A DNA stretch of 64,000 bases, from assembly GCA_965153455.1 (NCBI GenBank), contig OZ234493.1, positions 33,160,213-33,224,212 of the forward strand, read 5' to 3'. Under the pieces are notes generated by a model. It was not told where the DNA came from, did not search any database, and saw only the letters and a program-made list of their open reading frames with translations. This DNA comes from Sphagnum compactum (Eukaryota). This document shows positions 1-13,690 of this stretch, piece after piece; position 1 is the first letter of the stretch, and each line of letters begins with the position of its first letter. A program made the translations under genes and the position numbers.

Positions 1-2456
1 GCATTACCCTACACAATGGTGGTGTAACAAGGATCACACCTTACACATCAGGCTCATGCATATGAGGAGCATTATGATTTGTAAGCTATTTTCTAGTGTC
101 AATTTGTATCCAAATCTTCATACCATACCCAACACCGAGGCATCTACAAGATTGTCATAGGAACTTGCAGATTTACTAAGGTCCCCATACCCAGGATGTG
201 GCATAGGTACTTATAAGATCCCTATGCTAACTTTGTGTTGTGGGACCTTCAGATCTCAAAATCAGGTGCTTGCAATGTTGAAAGTTTTGGAAATTTGGTT
301 GACATTATTATTGGTTGCTTTGCCCTAAAGCTTTGGTGGTGCAGTGTGCCTAAGAAGTACAAAATTAATTGGCATTTTTTTGCCCATTTCAATTGTGAGA
401 ATTTTAGGAAATTTTTATGTTTACTACTGAATTGAAAAAACAATAATAATAATAATAGTATCATCAAGAATGTGTTGGAATGGTAAGGTACTATGATAAT
501 GATTATTTAAAGTTCAATTATGTTGTTGATTATATGATTGTTGAGGGTGAAACTTCAAACACCCCAATTTGGTTTTGTTGTGTATTTCATGATAACTTTG
601 CCAATTATTATCCCATGGTGAATCCATGCAAAAAGCATCACAATTTGACATGTGTACACATTATTATCACTCTTATAAGAACCACACATAAACACAACTT
701 TCCTCCATTAAAAAATAACCAAATCCTTCAAAACAATGTTCATCTCTCTTTCAAAACATTCACTGTTGCACAAAAGTTCTCTCGCAAACCACCCGACTCC
801 TTTTTCAAAGCATCATCTTTTTCCTTCAAGTCATTTGACATTAAGAAGTTGTGGGTTGAACATTTTGGGTCACGGAAAATTAAGGGTCAAAACCTAACCT
901 TGCCTCCATTTATTACTAACATCATGTATACTCAAAGGTGAAAAAGTGTTAATAAAAATATCTCTTAATCAACGATGATTCAAGATAATCAATCCACCAA
1001 CCAAGTGGATATTTGAGATAATTGATTATTGTAAGTAGATAATTGAAAGATAATCAACTTTTGAACCCCCTATTGTCGATTACAAAACAAAAATGATCCT
1101 TCAAACTTTGTGTCTGAAGCTTAGCACCAATAGATAGAGAAATAAAGAACAACACAAAACAAGGTGAAAGAAAAGGATGCATTAAAACTACCTCTCTTAC
1201 CAAAAGAGGAGAGAGCTCAACGCAATTCTTGAAAATTTGCATTTTGGTACTTTGATAATGGCATTGTTCAATAAGGCTCAAGAAGGGACTGTGTCATCCC
1301 TGTTGTAGTATCATGGTGGATAAAAGGAAAGAACATTACCATTTGATGCACCAATATCATAATCATTAGGGTAGAACCGCCCTTCACTACACACATACCT
1401 ATCACCAAAAACTTTCCAATATTTTCCTAATTGATTAGCCAAATTGAGCAATTTTTGTGTCATTGGATGCACAGACTGGAGAGCTACAAAAGGAGGAACA
1501 CAGAAAACACAGGAAGAGGATGCGTGTTAGTATGCTTCAATTTTTTTGGAAAAAAAAAAGTTCTAAATCCCTCTCTAGTTCCAGCCCCAATATTAGAGGT
1601 GGATCAGTTTTAGCTAAAATACATCTGGAACGGATTGGAAGTTTTGTATGAGGTCATGGAACAAGCTGCTGACTCCACTTCTTTTGACTGTAAACACTTC
1701 CAGGTTTTTTCTCTAGTTTTGGCCCCATACCCAGTCCCACATGTATTTCAGCTAAAACTGATCCTCATCTAATGTCCTGCTGATTGTACTCCTCTCACTT
1801 GTGTTGCAACTTTAAGTAAAAACATGTAGGAAGAAAGTGACAAAGTCTTACAGCTTAGTGCTCAGTTAACCTTTCGGTTTTCCTTCCTCACTGAGCCGAT
1901 GACTCTCACAAATAACTCTTTTCTTCTCCCAGAATTGCTCAAACATGATGCATAAATATAACAACAGAAACAAGTTAGTAGTGGCAGACCTTGGCCACAA
2001 TCCACATGACCAGGACAAATTGTAATGCTGTAATGTTCAGAAGCAGAGTACCCATGTGCACTGCAGATGATCAGCTAATGCATCCTTTGCAAAGGTAACC
2101 GACTCCAGCTTTCCAAGGTCAATCAATCCCACTCAATATCCAGATTGCAGCAACATCTTCATATCATCATGTAGGGATCAATTTGGGGAGACCCAATATG
2201 AGTCCAGGAAAGCTCTAGTCATTTGTTTGCCCCCAGCTGCAAACTGAACAAATTAGCGAAACTGCTCCATGATACTACCTGAGTTAAGTGATGAAGCCTA
2301 CTGTCCTTAAAGTGCAAAGGTCTCCAAAGAAAAACACTAAACCCTAAATCCCTAAACTGAAAATTCTGATCTCTAAAAGTAAGAAAGTAAAGGAATTCTA
2401 ATGCTTTTCAGTATGACAAAGATGTCATGACATGGATCAGCAGCTGTGAGTCTCCA

Positions 2457-5027
2457 CTATGTTTGAGAATGAGCAAGAACAGGTTCAGAATGTTGTTTTT
2501 TGGTGAAATTCGACATCATAATATCATGCACCGCCTTCTCTGCTGGTGAACTGATCACCATTACTTCCTCCTCACTTAGACCAACATAAGGCATGGATGC
2601 AGAAAGAGCATTGGCTTCATCAGTCATTCCAGCTCGACGAAGACTTTTCGCCAACACCTTGAGTGTAACCCGTGTGGGCTTGATCTTTGCCTCTTTCATT
2701 TGATTGTAAACCTCTATTACCTTGTCAGTCTCCCCAGCCTTGGAAAGTACATGCATCATCACTGTATATGTAACCACATTGGGTTTGAGCCCAGAAGATG
2801 GCATCTTCTTGAACAGCTTCTTTGCATCATCCAATCTCCCAGCAGATGCAAGGCTGCGGATTAACACAGTGTATGTTTGTAATGTGGGCATGCAGTCTGC
2901 CCGCTTCATTTCCTCATAAATTTCCATAGCCTCCTTATGCTTTAAGGCCCTTGATAGCACATCAATCAGTAGTGTGTATGTGACTTCGTTGGGTTCAAAG
3001 CCAAGCCTCTTCATTCGACTGAAGACCTGAAGTTCACCACAGTACAGGAACATGTCATTGAGATTACTAAATCAGGTTGGAGGATTTGGAGACTGTACTG
3101 CTCTCAAACTGACAAGGTCTACCACTAATATCAGCCCAAGAGTAGTTGAGACTCTCTTTAAAACAATGGGTTCTTAGAGATTACAACACATGTCACATAG
3201 AGAATGCAGTGCCCAAACAACCCACCATGTGAAAGAAAATGTTCCAGGAATCTATCTGGATATTCTCTACCATATGGCCCTGAACTTTAAGAGAGCTTTA
3301 TGAAGAGAGCAAAGAATAGAGAGAAGAAATCAAACCTGCAAAGCAGCTTCTGTATGCTTGTTTTCAACCAAACACTTGATGAGGTTGTTAAATGTCTGTG
3401 TGCTTTTCTCTTGATCACTCTCAATTTCTGTGAGTACTTTCTCAATCAGCTCATAATTCCCAGCCTCTGTTGCATGGCCAATGATGTCCATTATCTTTGT
3501 GTAAGTGTATTGGGTGTGCACAAAACCATCTTGAGCCCTTGTCCACTCATAAAATCGCCATGCAACATAACCCTCCCTGGTCAGCAGCTTGAGCACATTC
3601 AATACATATGGTGGTCTTAGTGTCGGGCCCAACGATTCTAGAAGCTTCTCAGTGTCAGATCCCCAAGTCTTCAACATTTCTGCAAGCTTGCTCGGCTTTG
3701 GCAATTGGTCAAGAGTTGAGTTTGAAGATGTGCCATCACCTTTCTTTGGCTTTTGATTCCCAACTTGTCTACCACTTCCAGGAGGCTTTGTCTGCACCAC
3801 ACCAGGTTGTAACTGAATTTGTTGCAGCAATCTGACATCATCAGTAAGAATCTGTCGTGCTTCAATGTTTCTGCCACTAGCCTCCAAAGCTCTTGACAGA
3901 ACACTCCGTGTCTCAAAAGATGTATTGAGCCCACTCTCCCTCATTCGCTTATAAAATGACAATGCCTGCTCAACTCTGCCGGCTTTTGCATGAGCCCCAA
4001 TGAGCAATGAGTATGTGATACGATTAGGTCGAACATTCACTTCCCCAAGTTTCTCAAAGATTTCAGCAGCTGCATCCAGTTTCCCAGCCTGCGTAAGGCT
4101 GTGAATCAGGACAGTGAAGGTGAAGACATTGGGCCGACAACCCACAGATTGCATTTCCTTGTAAACCTCCATAGCTTCCTGGTGACATCCCCCTTTTGCA
4201 AGTGCATCAATGCATGTTGTGAATGCCACCACATTTGGCCGGCAATTCTGGTCGTGCATTTGCTTCCAAAACCGTCGAACTGCATCAAGGTTTTTTGCCT
4301 GCCGGTTCCAATGAATGAGTGCTGTGAATGTCACAACATTCAACTCACAGCCCTCTTTTTTCATCTCCTCTAATACTGATTCGATCATTAGAAAATTTCT
4401 TGCCCTCCCTAGCTGATCAATAAGCGCAGTATATGTGTATGTATTGTGGTAGAAATCCTTCTGTAACTTTGCCCATTTGAAAAATTGCCACGCAGAATCT
4501 TGCTTCATTTTCTGTTTCAAAATGCGGCATACCATGTATGGGTCCAGTTTCAGCTGCAAATCCTCCAACCTCTTTGGAGTATCAGGGCCCCAATTCTGAA
4601 TCAACTCAACTACTTTCTCTTCAGTTTCCTCATCAGCAGTCTGACCACCCTCATTCCCACTCAAAGACAGCTGTGCCACTGATGAAAACAACCTTGATCC
4701 ACCAAGGTGCAAAAGAGCATCTGCCTTAAAGCAATGCATGGTAATTGAACAATCATATTTGCATGAATGACCTGCAAAAGCTACTGAAAAGCTCCGTCTG
4801 CTTCTTGTCTCATCTGATTTCAAGAAACCAACTGATCCAGTTGCTGAACCCATTTCATTGGGCAGAACTGGGGGGTACAAGATACCAATGGTATGATCAT
4901 TCGACCTTCTCACAGACATATGAAAATTCAAGGCAGAACCCTCCCTATGAACCTCTAAACTATTTGATGGTTTGAGAAATGATCTATACAATCGCCACAT
5001 ACAAAAGGCTCGTCCTCTCTGACACAT
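2457..5027 (-). CDS. P-class pentatricopeptide repeat (PPR) protein, probably organelle-targeted; 2 coding exons (5027-3336, 3026-2457)
   Basis: Tandem ~35-aa PPR motifs (e.g. PNVVAFTTCIDALAKGG, PNVFTFTVLIHSLTQAG, PNEVTYTLLIDVLSRA, PNVVTYTVMMHVLSKAG). In-frame intron CAG|gtttga (3335) ... ttcag|GTC (3026). First ATG at 5027 follows a tag| acceptor at 5039. A probable 5'-UTR exon lies upstream, with donor AAG|gtgagc at 5926. No DYW or SMR domain seen. Confidence 0.93.
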
Positions 5028-6168
5028 TGTTGTTAACACTAGAAATTATTCCCAACAAAACAAACTGGTTCAGCTTTCAATCATATAACATATTGGGTTC
5101 TCCTCAAGGACACCAAAACATCTTTGCAAAATAGCAATGTTGAAGTGCATGACTCTCAGCACAACTTGCATCCCCTAGATAAACGACCCAGCACTTGATA
5201 GTCCTCCACCTGTGACCCTGCAATACATGTACCAGTACAGAATAGGTCAATGACACTGTTTGAGCTGACCATATGGCAAACAAAGAGTTCATTTTGTAAG
5301 ATCAAAACCAGCATATCCATTAACACACCACATAAATGCAATTGCACATTCTTCATTTCAAGCCAAATATCAAAAGTGACATCAAAGAAAGAACCCTTAA
5401 ACCCATAACCAAGGAATTAGCAAATATCTTACAATGCATAACACATTGCAGAGCTCGTGAAAGAGCAGAATACATCATACCAGTTTTCAAAGTCCCTCAT
5501 GACACAAGACACAATCCGAGCGACATACATATTGCATAATAAAAGAAACCAAGGAATGAGGAGAGGGGAAGGGAAAAAGAAACACGAAGGAAATGGAGAA
5601 TGAAAATCAGCAGATTTAAGACCAGGGTTTAGAGCACCATTCCCCCAAGTACTCAAGGTGTCTTCAATATGGAAATATGTGTAACACAGTGTGTGTGTCT
5701 CAATAATAGCATCAACAAAACTCTTGTTGTCTCTCTCATGCATTTGCTATTTATGCATGTCATCCACAGTCACTAGCAAATATCGTCTTGCCAAAAAAAA
5801 AAAAAAAAACAAACCAGTGACTACTCCCATGTTTTGCTTGATTACTACAGTCTGGAAAACACCCCACTGAACGGAAATATTTTTGGAGAAAACAAGATTA
5901 AGAACAAGAGAATTTAGATAGCTCACCTTGTTGTGTCCATGAAAGGAAAAGTTGCAATCCGGTAATGCTGTTACACGAACACCTTCAAAAATCCATGAAG
6001 AATCAGTTGAACTCTTGTCTGCTTTTCAGATTCATGCAAGAAAATCCTATCGGTTTCCAAATCTTCGCAAGGAATTCAACGAACTTTTATTACCTCCGAA
6101 GCCTTCTCGTTCGACTTTGCAAAACCCCCCCTTCAGGTTTTGCATCTCTCACCATCGCCCCGTGAAGA

Positions 6169-6203
6169 TTTAGGGTTTAATTTTAGGGTTAGGGTTAGGT
6201 TTA
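6169..6203 (-). promoter_or_regulatory. Telo-box (AAACCCTA) / TTTAGGG-like cluster in the divergent PPR-SecA1 promoter
   Basis: ttagggtttaattttagggttagggttaggtttag sits at the likely 5' end of the PPR transcript. Telo-boxes are established plant promoter elements. Confidence 0.55.
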
Positions 6204-6812
6204 GACTTATTAATGGATTTTATTTATTTTTGGTTTGTATTTCTTTTTTGGGAAATCAAATAAAAAGGTAATATAAATATATATCGATAAAAATTTATGA
6301 CGCGGCATCGAATTTGAGCGTTGATTGGATAAGCCGCAATCCAACGCTGCAGGTTGAGGATAGAACGGTGGCCGTCGGATGATGAACAACGGATGGTCAT
6401 AAACACACCACGAACGCACCCTATCCACTCCCAAGCTCTGCCATTGGTGGACAACTTGTGCTGCATGTGCGTGCGACACAGCTCTTCCTCCTTACTCGAG
6501 TTCCATCCCTTGTTTCATCTCGGAACATCCTGATTTCATCCCTGTTTCATCTTTAAGGGCGAGGGTGTGAGGCATTAATGTTGTAATTTGTGGATGATGA
6601 TGGACAGTTTTCTGTCGTGGTTTTGGGATGACGTTCGTTCGATGGGTGGTCCTTGCGGCTTGCGGCTTGCCTGCCTGCCTGCCCCGAGTTGCAAGCAAAG
6701 CGTTGCTGCGGGTGATGGTGGCGATGGCGGACAAGCTCTGAACAAGATGTCGTCTGTTTGTGGGTGGTGGGTTTAGGTGTGAAGAAAGGTTTTTTGTGAG
6801 TGGCGAAAGATT

Positions 6813-9800
6813 TTGGCAATGGCGGCACATTCCTTGGCAGCGTTGGTGTGTAGTGATGTGGCGGGTGTTTCCTATCACAGCTCCAATACACCTGCTTCTC
6901 TCGCGCGCTCTGGTTCTTTGCTTCTCACCTCTTTGGCTTCCGGCTCTTCTTCCCCCCCGAATTCTCTCCAGTGTAATGGCAGAATTGGGGAGACGAGCTT
7001 CACGGGATCACCCCTTAGTGGTCAGCGTGGAGGGTTGTGGAGCCTGGAGACGCCCGCGGGTGGTGGTGCTAGTGGTGGTGGTGGTGGTGGCGGCGGCGGC
7101 GGCCAGAGTACTCGTGGTAGTGGGCGCAAGGAGGTAGGAGTTGCATCGGCATCGTTGCAAGGCATTTTCGGAGGTCTGTTCAAGGGAGCAGATACGGGAG
7201 AAGCCGCCAGACAGCAGTATGCGGCAACCGTGGCGCAGGTGAATGCGCTGGAGATGGAGACTCAGGTGCTGTCGGACGAGGATTTGCGTGCCAGTACCGT
7301 GGAATTGAAGAAGCGCGCTCGGTCGGGTGAACCTATGGATTCCATTCTGCCTGTCAGTTCTTCTCTCATCATCCTTTTTCTCTCTCTCCCCCCAACACAC
7401 CTTGTTGCACACAGAATTCTACTAGGGTTGCAGTTCTGGAGGAGGAGGAGGAGGAGGAGCAACTACTGCTAACTATTTGTGAAATTCTGTTGATGTGGAA
7501 CTGGGATTGCTGAGCTTGTTATTGGGATTTCAACATGTTAAGAAGCAGCTTTCATGATGGCAATCCGTGTTGAAATTTTCATGGACATGTCCTTTTGTTG
7601 GAGAAGCAATGTTAGAGTGCTTGAGAAGGAACACAAAAGCATTCAGAAAGCAAAGAGGAATGGGTTTGAGATGATACTGATTCAGCCCAGTGAAGGAAAC
7701 TGATGGAGTGCTGGTTCCATTACCCCTGAGCAGGAGGCATTTGCAGTGGTGCGGGAAGCCTCCAAGAGAGTACTTGGTCTCCGACCTTTTGATGTGCAGC
7801 TTATAGGTAGGTATCACCACCAGTAGTGTGGCATTTTGCTCCATCCATCCATGCCTTTGTCGTTCCATTTCTTCCCAAATGATGATGGAGTTTTGCTCAC
7901 ATTATGTAGTGAGACTGATTCTTGCACTATCTGCTCAGTTTTGTGTGTTGCAATCTTTTGCACTTGACTTTCAGAAGAATCTACACACTGTTTGTTGGAT
8001 TGGGCCAGTGTTTACAACACTGGTGTTTGGGAGTCATGGTCTCACAGAAAAAAAAGCAAGTGTTGTGTTTTTTGGATTGCAGGAGGAATGGTGCTGCACA
8101 AGGGTCAGATTGCTGAAATGAGGACTGGAGAAGGAAAGACGCTGGTAGCTGTGCTCCCTGCTTTTTTGAACGCCCTGACAGGTCAGGGTGTGCATGTGGT
8201 GACGGTGAATGACTATTTAGCAAGGCGTGATTGTGAGTGGGTGGGTCAAGTCCACCGCTTTTTGGGGCTTCGAGTTGGTCTCATTCAGCGTACGTTCTAA
8301 ATGCCTCTCTTGTTGAGTGTGCTTTGTGTCATAAAATCAGGGAATCTAGAGATCAATGGCAATTGTTGTTGATGGCAGATAGCTTTTTCTCTTGCTTTTT
8401 GAGGGTTTAACAATTGTTCATGCATTTTTTTTGTCTCAGCAACTTCTTTGAAATTTCCTCCATGTTTTCATTGTGCAGAGGGGATGACCCCACAGGAAAG
8501 GATGGACAATTATGGGTGTGACATCACATATGTAACCAACAGTGAGCTTGGTTTTGATTTCTTACGTGACAATCTAGGCACTGTGAGTTCAACTTCTTAT
8601 GCTGCCAACACCTCAGCCCTAGCATGGTCTGTACTCAGAGATGGGAAGACACTTCCTAGCAGTACTATATCAGAGATTCTTCTCGCTTCTACTGGCTGTA
8701 AATTAATACTAAATTGTTGCATTTCCTGTCAAGAATAGAGCAAGGAGGAGCTGGTGTTGCGTGGCTTCAATTTCTGCATTATTGATGAGGTGGATTCAAT
8801 CTTAATCGATGAGGCTCGCACACCATTGATTATTTCTGGATCCGCAGAAAAACCAAGTGAACGCTACCTGAAAGCATCAAAGATTGCATCTGCCTTTGAG
8901 CGTGACATTCACTACACTGTGAGTTGCTGTCAGTCTCCATGGTAACCTAGAAGTATTGTTTCTCAAGTCATGAAGATTGGGTGTCCTGCATCATTCCATT
9001 GGAGGTTTCTTTGCATCCTGCCTTCTTATGCCTATCCATTTTGCCATTTTGCTGATGCAGGTTGATGAAAAGCAAAAGTCAGTGCTGCTAAGTGAAGTTG
9101 GCTATGAAGCTGCTGAAGAAATATTGGGTGTTACAGACCTCTATGATCCCCGTGAGCAGTGGGCTTCATATCTCATAAATGCTATCAAAGCCAAGGAGCT
9201 TTTCTCGAAAAATGTCAACTACATTGTACGAGGCCAGGAGGCTCTCATTGTAGATGAGTTCACTGGGAGAGTTATGCAGGTAAACAACAGGCTTTCAATA
9301 TCATGCATTGTAACTCAATCTGCTGGACTTCAATAACAGCACTAACCTCATTTCTAATGTTGAATTGCTTTTCAGATTGTCTATCACTCAAGCAAAACTG
9401 CACCTACTGAGGTTTTTTGTTTGGCCTTCAACATGTGTTGTGTGGGATGAATTTGGCAGGGAAGGCGGTGGAGTGATGGACTGCATCAGGCTGTTGAAGC
9501 TAAGGAAGGCATCAAAATCCAGAACGAGACAGTAACTCTAGCATCCATCAGTTACCAGAACTTTTTCTTGCAGGTAAAAAGCTCATGGGGTGGATCATTG
9601 TCTATAGCTGGATTTGTTTTGTGATTACTGTGGGCAGTGGCATTTGGGGTGGGCATCAACGATATGCAATTGGTGACACCCTTTTTAATTAGTGCATATT
9701 TCATGTATTTCTCATGGACTTCCAGCTGGCTGGGGTTTGGAGTGTGCTGGGAGAAAATGATTAATTGAGTGATGAATGGTGGCACAGTACCCGAAGCTCT

Positions 9801-12800
9801 GTGGCATGACTGGAACAGCAGCAACAGAAAGCACTGAGTTTGAGAGCATTTATAAACTGAACGTGACAGTTATTCCAACCAACAAGCCGATGATTCGGAA
9901 GGTACACCCTTTTTCCATATAGATCCTCACATCTCCCTTGAAGTGTGCTCAATTAGGAGCACTTGTGTTGGTTACTGAATGGGAAGCTTGCAAAGAGGTA
10001 ATGACACTACTGGACAGTGGGTGGGAGTTTGCATGCAATATGTGCAAACACTTGTGTTGGTGGGTCATGAGCTACAACAGCTGCTCATTAGTGTGTGGAG
10101 GTTTTTTGTGCATATTTTGTATGTACTCAAGTGAGCAAGTTCAAAGGAATAGAGGTGAGAATGTGTTCTGTTGATTTTTAACTGTGGGAACTGGATGATG
10201 TACAGGATGAATCAGATGTTGTTTTCCGGACAGTGAATGGTAAATGGCGTGCTACAGTAGTGGAAATAGGTCGCATGCATAAGACAGGGCGTCCTGTGCT
10301 TGTGGGCACCACAAGTGTGGAGCAGAGTGAAGCCCTATCCAAGCAATTGATAGAAGCTTCTATCCCACATCAGGTAGAATTTGTGGTCTATTTTCATCAT
10401 TTTTTCTGTCCCCATAAATCCTGGCAATTGTCCATTATTTTAATTTTTCGGTGAGCTGTTGAACAGTAGTGCCGGGATTGTACACCTTGTGGGTCTCAAT
10501 GTTTCTGATTTGCATAGTTTAACATTGTAGGTACTTAATGCAAAGCCTGAGAATGTGGAGCGAGAGGCTGAGATTGTGGCACAAAGTGGCCGTCTGGGAG
10601 GTGTGACTATTGCCACCAATATGGCAGGTCGTGGGACTGATATTATCTTAGGAGGAAATGCTGAGTTCATGGCCAGACTCAAGCTACGTGAAATGCTTAT
10701 GCCACGGTACCTTCACCATACTGACTGCATGTTTTGGCGTCATTTGGAAAAGAAAAAAAATGGAGAATAGTGTTTCTGTAGGTGGCCATGTCTGTCTTGA
10801 AGTCTGCTTTACTGAATAGGCTGTTGTCTCAATGACAGGGTGGTGAGGCTGAGTGATGATGAAATTCCGTTCCAAAGAAATCAAAAGTTGCCTATTAGAA
10901 AGAGCTGGAAGGTAAGCCTCCTTCTAAACCTGAAATCCAGTAACTCGTCAGTTTGGTGTTTTTGTAATTTCTGTAGCAGCTGGGCATCTTCCATGTTTAC
11001 TCAAGGTGTTGACAGAGAAGTGGTTACTATTTTGTCCGGTCTCCCACAGGTAAATGAGACTTTGTTTCCATGCGAGCTGTCAAAGGAGACGACTAGTCTG
11101 GCAGAGGAAGCTGTTGAATCAGCTGCCAAAATATGGGGTGAGAAGTCCTTGTCAGAGCTGGAGGCAGAGGATCGTCTGTCATACGCTTGTGAGAAGGTAC
11201 ATACATGGTCAAATAATGACACCTATCTGGGAGTTATGGTCTTGTGGATTTGAGAGATCAGAATGGTTTTAGAATTTACAGCATGAAACTGCACAAATAG
11301 ACTTCTCTTCCCTTGGCCTTTCTCCCATGGTCATTTTGTCTGTCACATTTCCTGAAGCAGAGAAAGTGGTGTGGTGCATGCAGGGTCCGACTGAAGATGA
11401 AGTGATGACACAGCTCCGGAATGTGGTGCAATCCATCATCACAGAGTTCAGATCCTTTACCGATGAGGAGAAGAAAAAGGTGTGATTTGCATGTGTCCTG
11501 CATTGATATCACCTATCCTACACACATTGAGAAGATTTAGAATGGGCTGTTCTCACATGTCAAAAGTTGCAGGTGGTAGCAGCTGGAGGACTCCATGTTG
11601 TTGGTACTGAGCGGCATGAATCAAGGCGCATTGATAATCAGGTGCACTTCTGCCTTTCCAGAAAAAAGGGACATCAAACCTTCCTGATGCCACTGTTGTA
11701 TATGGCCTAATCAAACCTTCGTTTCTAATGCATGATCTGTTGACCAACTCATGGAGTTGTATGGTCCTGTTGGCTTTTTGCAGCTTCGCGGTCGGAGTGG
11801 TCGTCAAGGAGATCCCGGAAGCTCCAGATTTTTCCTCAGCCTTGAAGACAATATTTTTAGGATATTTGGTGGTGATCGAATACAGGTAATTTCTTCACAC
11901 AGTTCAATTGTGAAAGTAAAAGAGAGCGAGAGAGATTGTGCAATGCTTGCATGGGTGTAGCCAAGAAGGTGATCTTGTTGATGCATCATGCAGCAGTGCA
12001 TTAATAGAAATGAATTTGGTTTTGTGCAGGCCTTGATGAAAGCTTTCAGAGTGGAGGATCTGCCAATTGAGTCAAAGATGCTAACCCGATCACTTGATGA
12101 AGCTCAGAAAAAGGTGGAGAGTTACTTCTTTGACATCCGGAAACAGCTATTTGAGTATGATGAAGTGCTGAACAGCCAGCGTGATCGGGTTTACACAGAA
12201 CGCCGGCGGGCTCTTGAGGCCAAGAATCTAGAATCACAGATGCTTGAATATGCTGAATTAACAATGGATGACATTTTGGAGGTAGTGGTCCTCCACCATC
12301 TAGTGTTATGGTCATTTGTACATGATGTGTGGCACCATTTGGGTTGCTGCTGTAAAAGCCTCAGTAGGTGGTGTAGTCTCTTAAATGTAGTTTGCTTCCA
12401 AAAGGGTTGCATGTAACATGTTGGTGGATTTGTTTGCTGGGGATTTGGGACAGGCAAATATAGATGCGTCACTCCCTCGGGAGGAGTGGAATCTGGAAGC
12501 TTTGTGTGCCAAAGTGAAGCAGTAAGTTCTTTTCTCATTTTCTCTAATCCATACCGTTCTTGAGCTATTTCCTGCTCCTTTCCTTTTGGCTCCCATACTG
12601 CACACGTTTTCTATACTCCTCAGGTGTGCTGTAACATTGGAAAATGCTGAGGATTTGGTCTGGTGTCTTTATGGGTTCAACAATGGAAGCTTTTCTGCAT
12701 TTCGATGCCATTGAATGAGGTACAAGAAAGATTGCACTCAGTTTTACAAACCATGGATGATGATAATGATGATGATGATGATGCAGATACTGTTATCTGC

Positions 12801-13690
12801 TTGAAGACTTGTCACCAGAACTGCTGGCTGACAAGTGTTCCACCATTGAGAGCCTCAGTGACTATCTTCATTTTCGAGGACGGGAGGCATACTTACAAAA
12901 GAAGGTAAAAAGCTTGAGCTCTTGCTCTTTCTCTTCCCCCCCTGCAAGCAATGGTTTCTTCCCTAAAACAAGGGCTGCACAGCAATTGTGTCAGCAGGTA
13001 AATTCTGTTCATCATACATTTTCTGAAGCATCATGATGGCTGTTGGAACCAGGCGGAGGTAGAAAAGATGGCGCCAGGGTTGATGCAGGAAGCAGAGCGC
13101 TACTTTGTGCTAACCCAGACAGACAATCTATGGAAGGAGCATTTGCAAGCTCTCAAGTTTGTGCAGCAAGCTGTTGGGCTGCGGGGCTATGCACAAAGGG
13201 ATCCCTTGATTGAGTATAAGCTGGAGGGTTACAATCTCTTCCTGGACATGATGGCCCAAATCCGCCGCAATGTCATCTACTCTGTCTACCAGGTCAGTCT
13301 TGCTCTCTCAGCAATTGTCTGTCTCTTGTTGGTACATTAGCTAGCTCTCTGGACTGTCGACTGGACTTAATCATGTTTCCTTCCCTCACAAGTTTCTGTA
13401 GAGTTTCTCTCTGCAGTCTCACATCACTGATGAACAGAGATTTCTCTATCTCCCTCTCACACAAAGCATATGGATGTTTGCAACAGTTTAAACCTGTGCT
13501 TGCAAAGCCTCCAGAACCTAATGGAGCTCCGATGGATGTTGATGATGACTCAACAAAGGGACTGGCAAAGATGGGTGGACGTGGCAAAAAAGACGAAACT
13601 CAGTCAAATGGCACTGTGGTAGCAACTGCAAATGGAGGAGGTGATTCAAAGGGGAACACAGCCACAGCCAGGAGCGGAGGTCGACGATGA
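6813..13690 (+). CDS. SECA1: Chloroplast preprotein translocase subunit SecA1 (thylakoid Sec ATPase); 20 exons
   Basis: Exons 6813-7352, 7734-7806, 8083-8289, 8479-8582, 8739-8918, 9061-9279, 9460-9573, 9788-9901, 10206-10373, 10531-10706, 10839-10911, 11050-11196, 11384-11479, 11573-11641, 11784-11885, 12030-12281, 12454-12521, 12787-12904, 13053-13292, 13487-13690; all GT-AG and in frame. Motifs: MRTGEGKT (Walker A), [82 protein letters not shown]. Ser/Gly-rich N-terminal transit peptide. Confidence 0.97.

Noticed and set aside
6813..13690. SecA (also IspH and MetAP) as bacterial contamination or recent horizontal transfer
   Set aside because: All have many spliceosomal introns and N-terminal targeting extensions, as expected for ordinary endosymbiont-derived nuclear genes.
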